Part shown: positions 62,024 through 64,000 of the stretch, piece by piece
Numbering within the stretch: the first letter of the stretch is position 1
Layout: each line of letters begins with the position of its first letter
Source: Carcharhinus amblyrhynchos
Taxonomy: Eukaryota
NCBI GenBank assembly: GCA_965287045.1
Contig: OZ336878.1
Span: 43,586,001 to 43,650,000, forward strand
Length of the DNA: 64,000 nt
Direction of reading: 5' to 3'
Program-made: the position numbers and the translations under genes
Notes under the pieces: generated by a model
What the model saw: the letters and a program-made list of their open reading frames with translations, nothing else
Database searches by the model: none
Told to the model about the DNA's origin: nothing

Positions 62024-62409
62024 ATCTGCTTCCCCACCATGGGAAACAGGCAGTCAAACGTTTGCAGTTGCTGGATCTATGATTCCCCCTCGTCTTCATC
62101 ACTTTGCTCCCCCTCTCTGTCTCCCCCTGTTTCCTCTCCATATTGGTGTCAAATCTTCCTTTGTGCTTGAGGGTGGGAAAAAATATTGCCCACTGTGAAT
62201 CTTTATCGGAATGGGGAGTGAGTTGTTGGCAATAATCCCATGTGAAGAATTTCTTCTCTGTTTTTAAGCACTGTTTCCTGATTTCTATAATTAGAGCTGC
62301 TGAACAAACTTAACTCCAGTTGAGGACTGAGTGATGTATGATCAGTTGTGTGGCAAAGGCAGAAGTCATTACTACATATGAATTAATCTCACCATATAGT
62401 GGAATCGAG

Positions 62410-63857
62410 TCATAAAGGTCTACAGCACAGAAAAGGACCTTCAGCCCATCTTGTCTGCATCAGTCAAAAACAACTACTTCATTGTTCTCATCCCATTTTC
62501 CAGCACTTGGCCCATAGCCTTGTATGCCTTGGCATCACAAATGCACACCTAAATTTTCCTGAAGCGTTATGAGAATCTCTGCCTCCACCACCTTTTTAGG
62601 CAGTGAGTTCCAGATTCTCAACACCCTGTGGGTAAAATAGTCGTTCCTCACATCCCATCTAAACCTTCTGCTCTTTACCTTAAATCTACGACCCCTGGTC
62701 ACTGATCAATCCGCTAAGGGGAAAAGTTTCTCCCTGTCTACCTGTGTCCCTCATAATTTTATACACCTCAATCATGTCCCTCCTCAGTCTCCTAAGCTTT
62801 AAGAAAAGCAACACCAGTCTATCCAGTTAACTAAAACTCTCCAGCCCAGACAACATGCTGGTAAACCTCCTCTGCACCCTTTTCCAGCACTATCACATCC
62901 CACCTATAATGCACTCAATACTCTAGCTATGGTTTAGTCAATGGTTTATACAGTTCCAGTATAACTTCCCTCTAAAAGTGTATGCCTCAACTAATAAAAG
63001 CAAGTATATCATGATACCATTTCATCCACCTGTTCTGCTACATTAAAGGACCATTTTACATGCACACTAAGATCACTCTGATCCTCAGTGCTTTCCAGGG
63101 TCCTGCTGTTCATCATGTGTCCCCTTGCCTTGTTTGTCCTGCCCAAGTGCATTGAATTCCATTTGCCACTGATCAACCCATCTGACCAATCCGTCTATAT
63201 CCTCCTGTAATCTAAGGCTATCCTCCTCACTATATATCACCCCACTAATTTTCTTATCATCCATCAACATCCTGATCAGCCACAAAAACACCCCTCGACC
63301 ATCACCCTCTGCTTCCTGTCACTCAGATAATTCTTGATCCAATTTGTCAAATTTCCTTGGATGTCATAGGCTTTTACCTTTGCTATTAGTCTCCCACGTG
63401 GGACCTTACCAAAAGCTTTGCTGAAGTCCAGGTAGACTACGTCAAATTCATTACCCTCATCGAAACACTTGGTCACCTAGTCAAAAAATTCAATCAAGTT
63501 GGTCAGACATGATCTCCCCTTAACAAAACCATGCTGAATTGGTCTTGATTAATCCCTGCCTGTCCACACACAGCCCACCACTGAGTTTAGGCTGAATGCC
63601 TGTAGTTTTCTGTTTTACTCCTTCCTTCCTGCTTGAAGAAAGCTACCACATTGGCTGCCCTCCAGCCCTCCGACACCTCTCCAGTGGCCAGAGAGGAATT
63701 GAAAATTATTGCCAGTACCCCTGCTTTTTCTTCCCTTGCTTCACTCAATAGCCTGGGATACATTTCATCCAGCCCTGGAGATTTATCTACTTTTAAGCCT
63801 ACCAGACCAATCAGAATTCCTGCTCTGTCTATGTTAATTTATTTCATTGTATCACAG
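62410..63857 (-). mobile_element. Degenerate CR1 LINE
   Basis: Minus-strand ORFs DVVYLDFSKAFGKVPRGRL and LQEDIDGLVRWVDQWQMEFN. Confidence 0.9.
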
Positions 63858-64000
63858 TTGTTATGGTTCAGGTCAGAAATTCCAAAGTGTTTTATGGAGC
63901 CCACTTGGATCATAAGTTTTGCATCTTGAATTTGGCTGGAATAAGCATGATAGGTTTCATTTCAGGTATAATTCAAGTGACCTACTAGGGAGCTTTTATC

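Noticed and set aside
42300-64000. Downstream neighbour gene such as CER1 or DAND5
   Set aside because: No cystine-knot or other host exon recognised; ORFs there are repeat-derived or featureless
1-64000. tRNA genes, CRISPR arrays or prokaryotic systems
   Set aside because: tRNA-like boxes are SINE heads; the sequence is a spliced vertebrate locus with no repeat-spacer array

Overview
Repeat-rich vertebrate genomic DNA, almost certainly a shark (HER1-like CR1 LINEs, HE1-like V-SINEs, a SacSINE1-like DeuSINE). The + strand carries the last 11 coding exons (2561-37454) of a FREM1-family gene: end of the CSPG repeats, Calx-beta domain, RGD motif, C-type lectin domain and stop, all with GT-AG boundaries in compatible phase. 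The rest is intronic or intergenic transposable-element sequence. Main finding: an old Gypsy-type LTR element antisense in the 3809-12510 intron (4555-10090; TG..CA ends, 5-bp TSD GAAAC, PBS-like site, PPT). It keeps decayed gag and protease, but an intronless coiled-coil segment resembling the centriolar protein CEP83 sits where RT/RNaseH/integrase should be. Second finding: Penelope-derived inverted-repeat elements with 11-13 bp TSDs that carry minimal hammerhead ribozyme motifs, including a 361-bp apparently perfect hairpin in a FREM1 intron and a ~195-bp palindromic mini-element. All homology calls are by-eye translations compared with remembered family motifs; no search was run.
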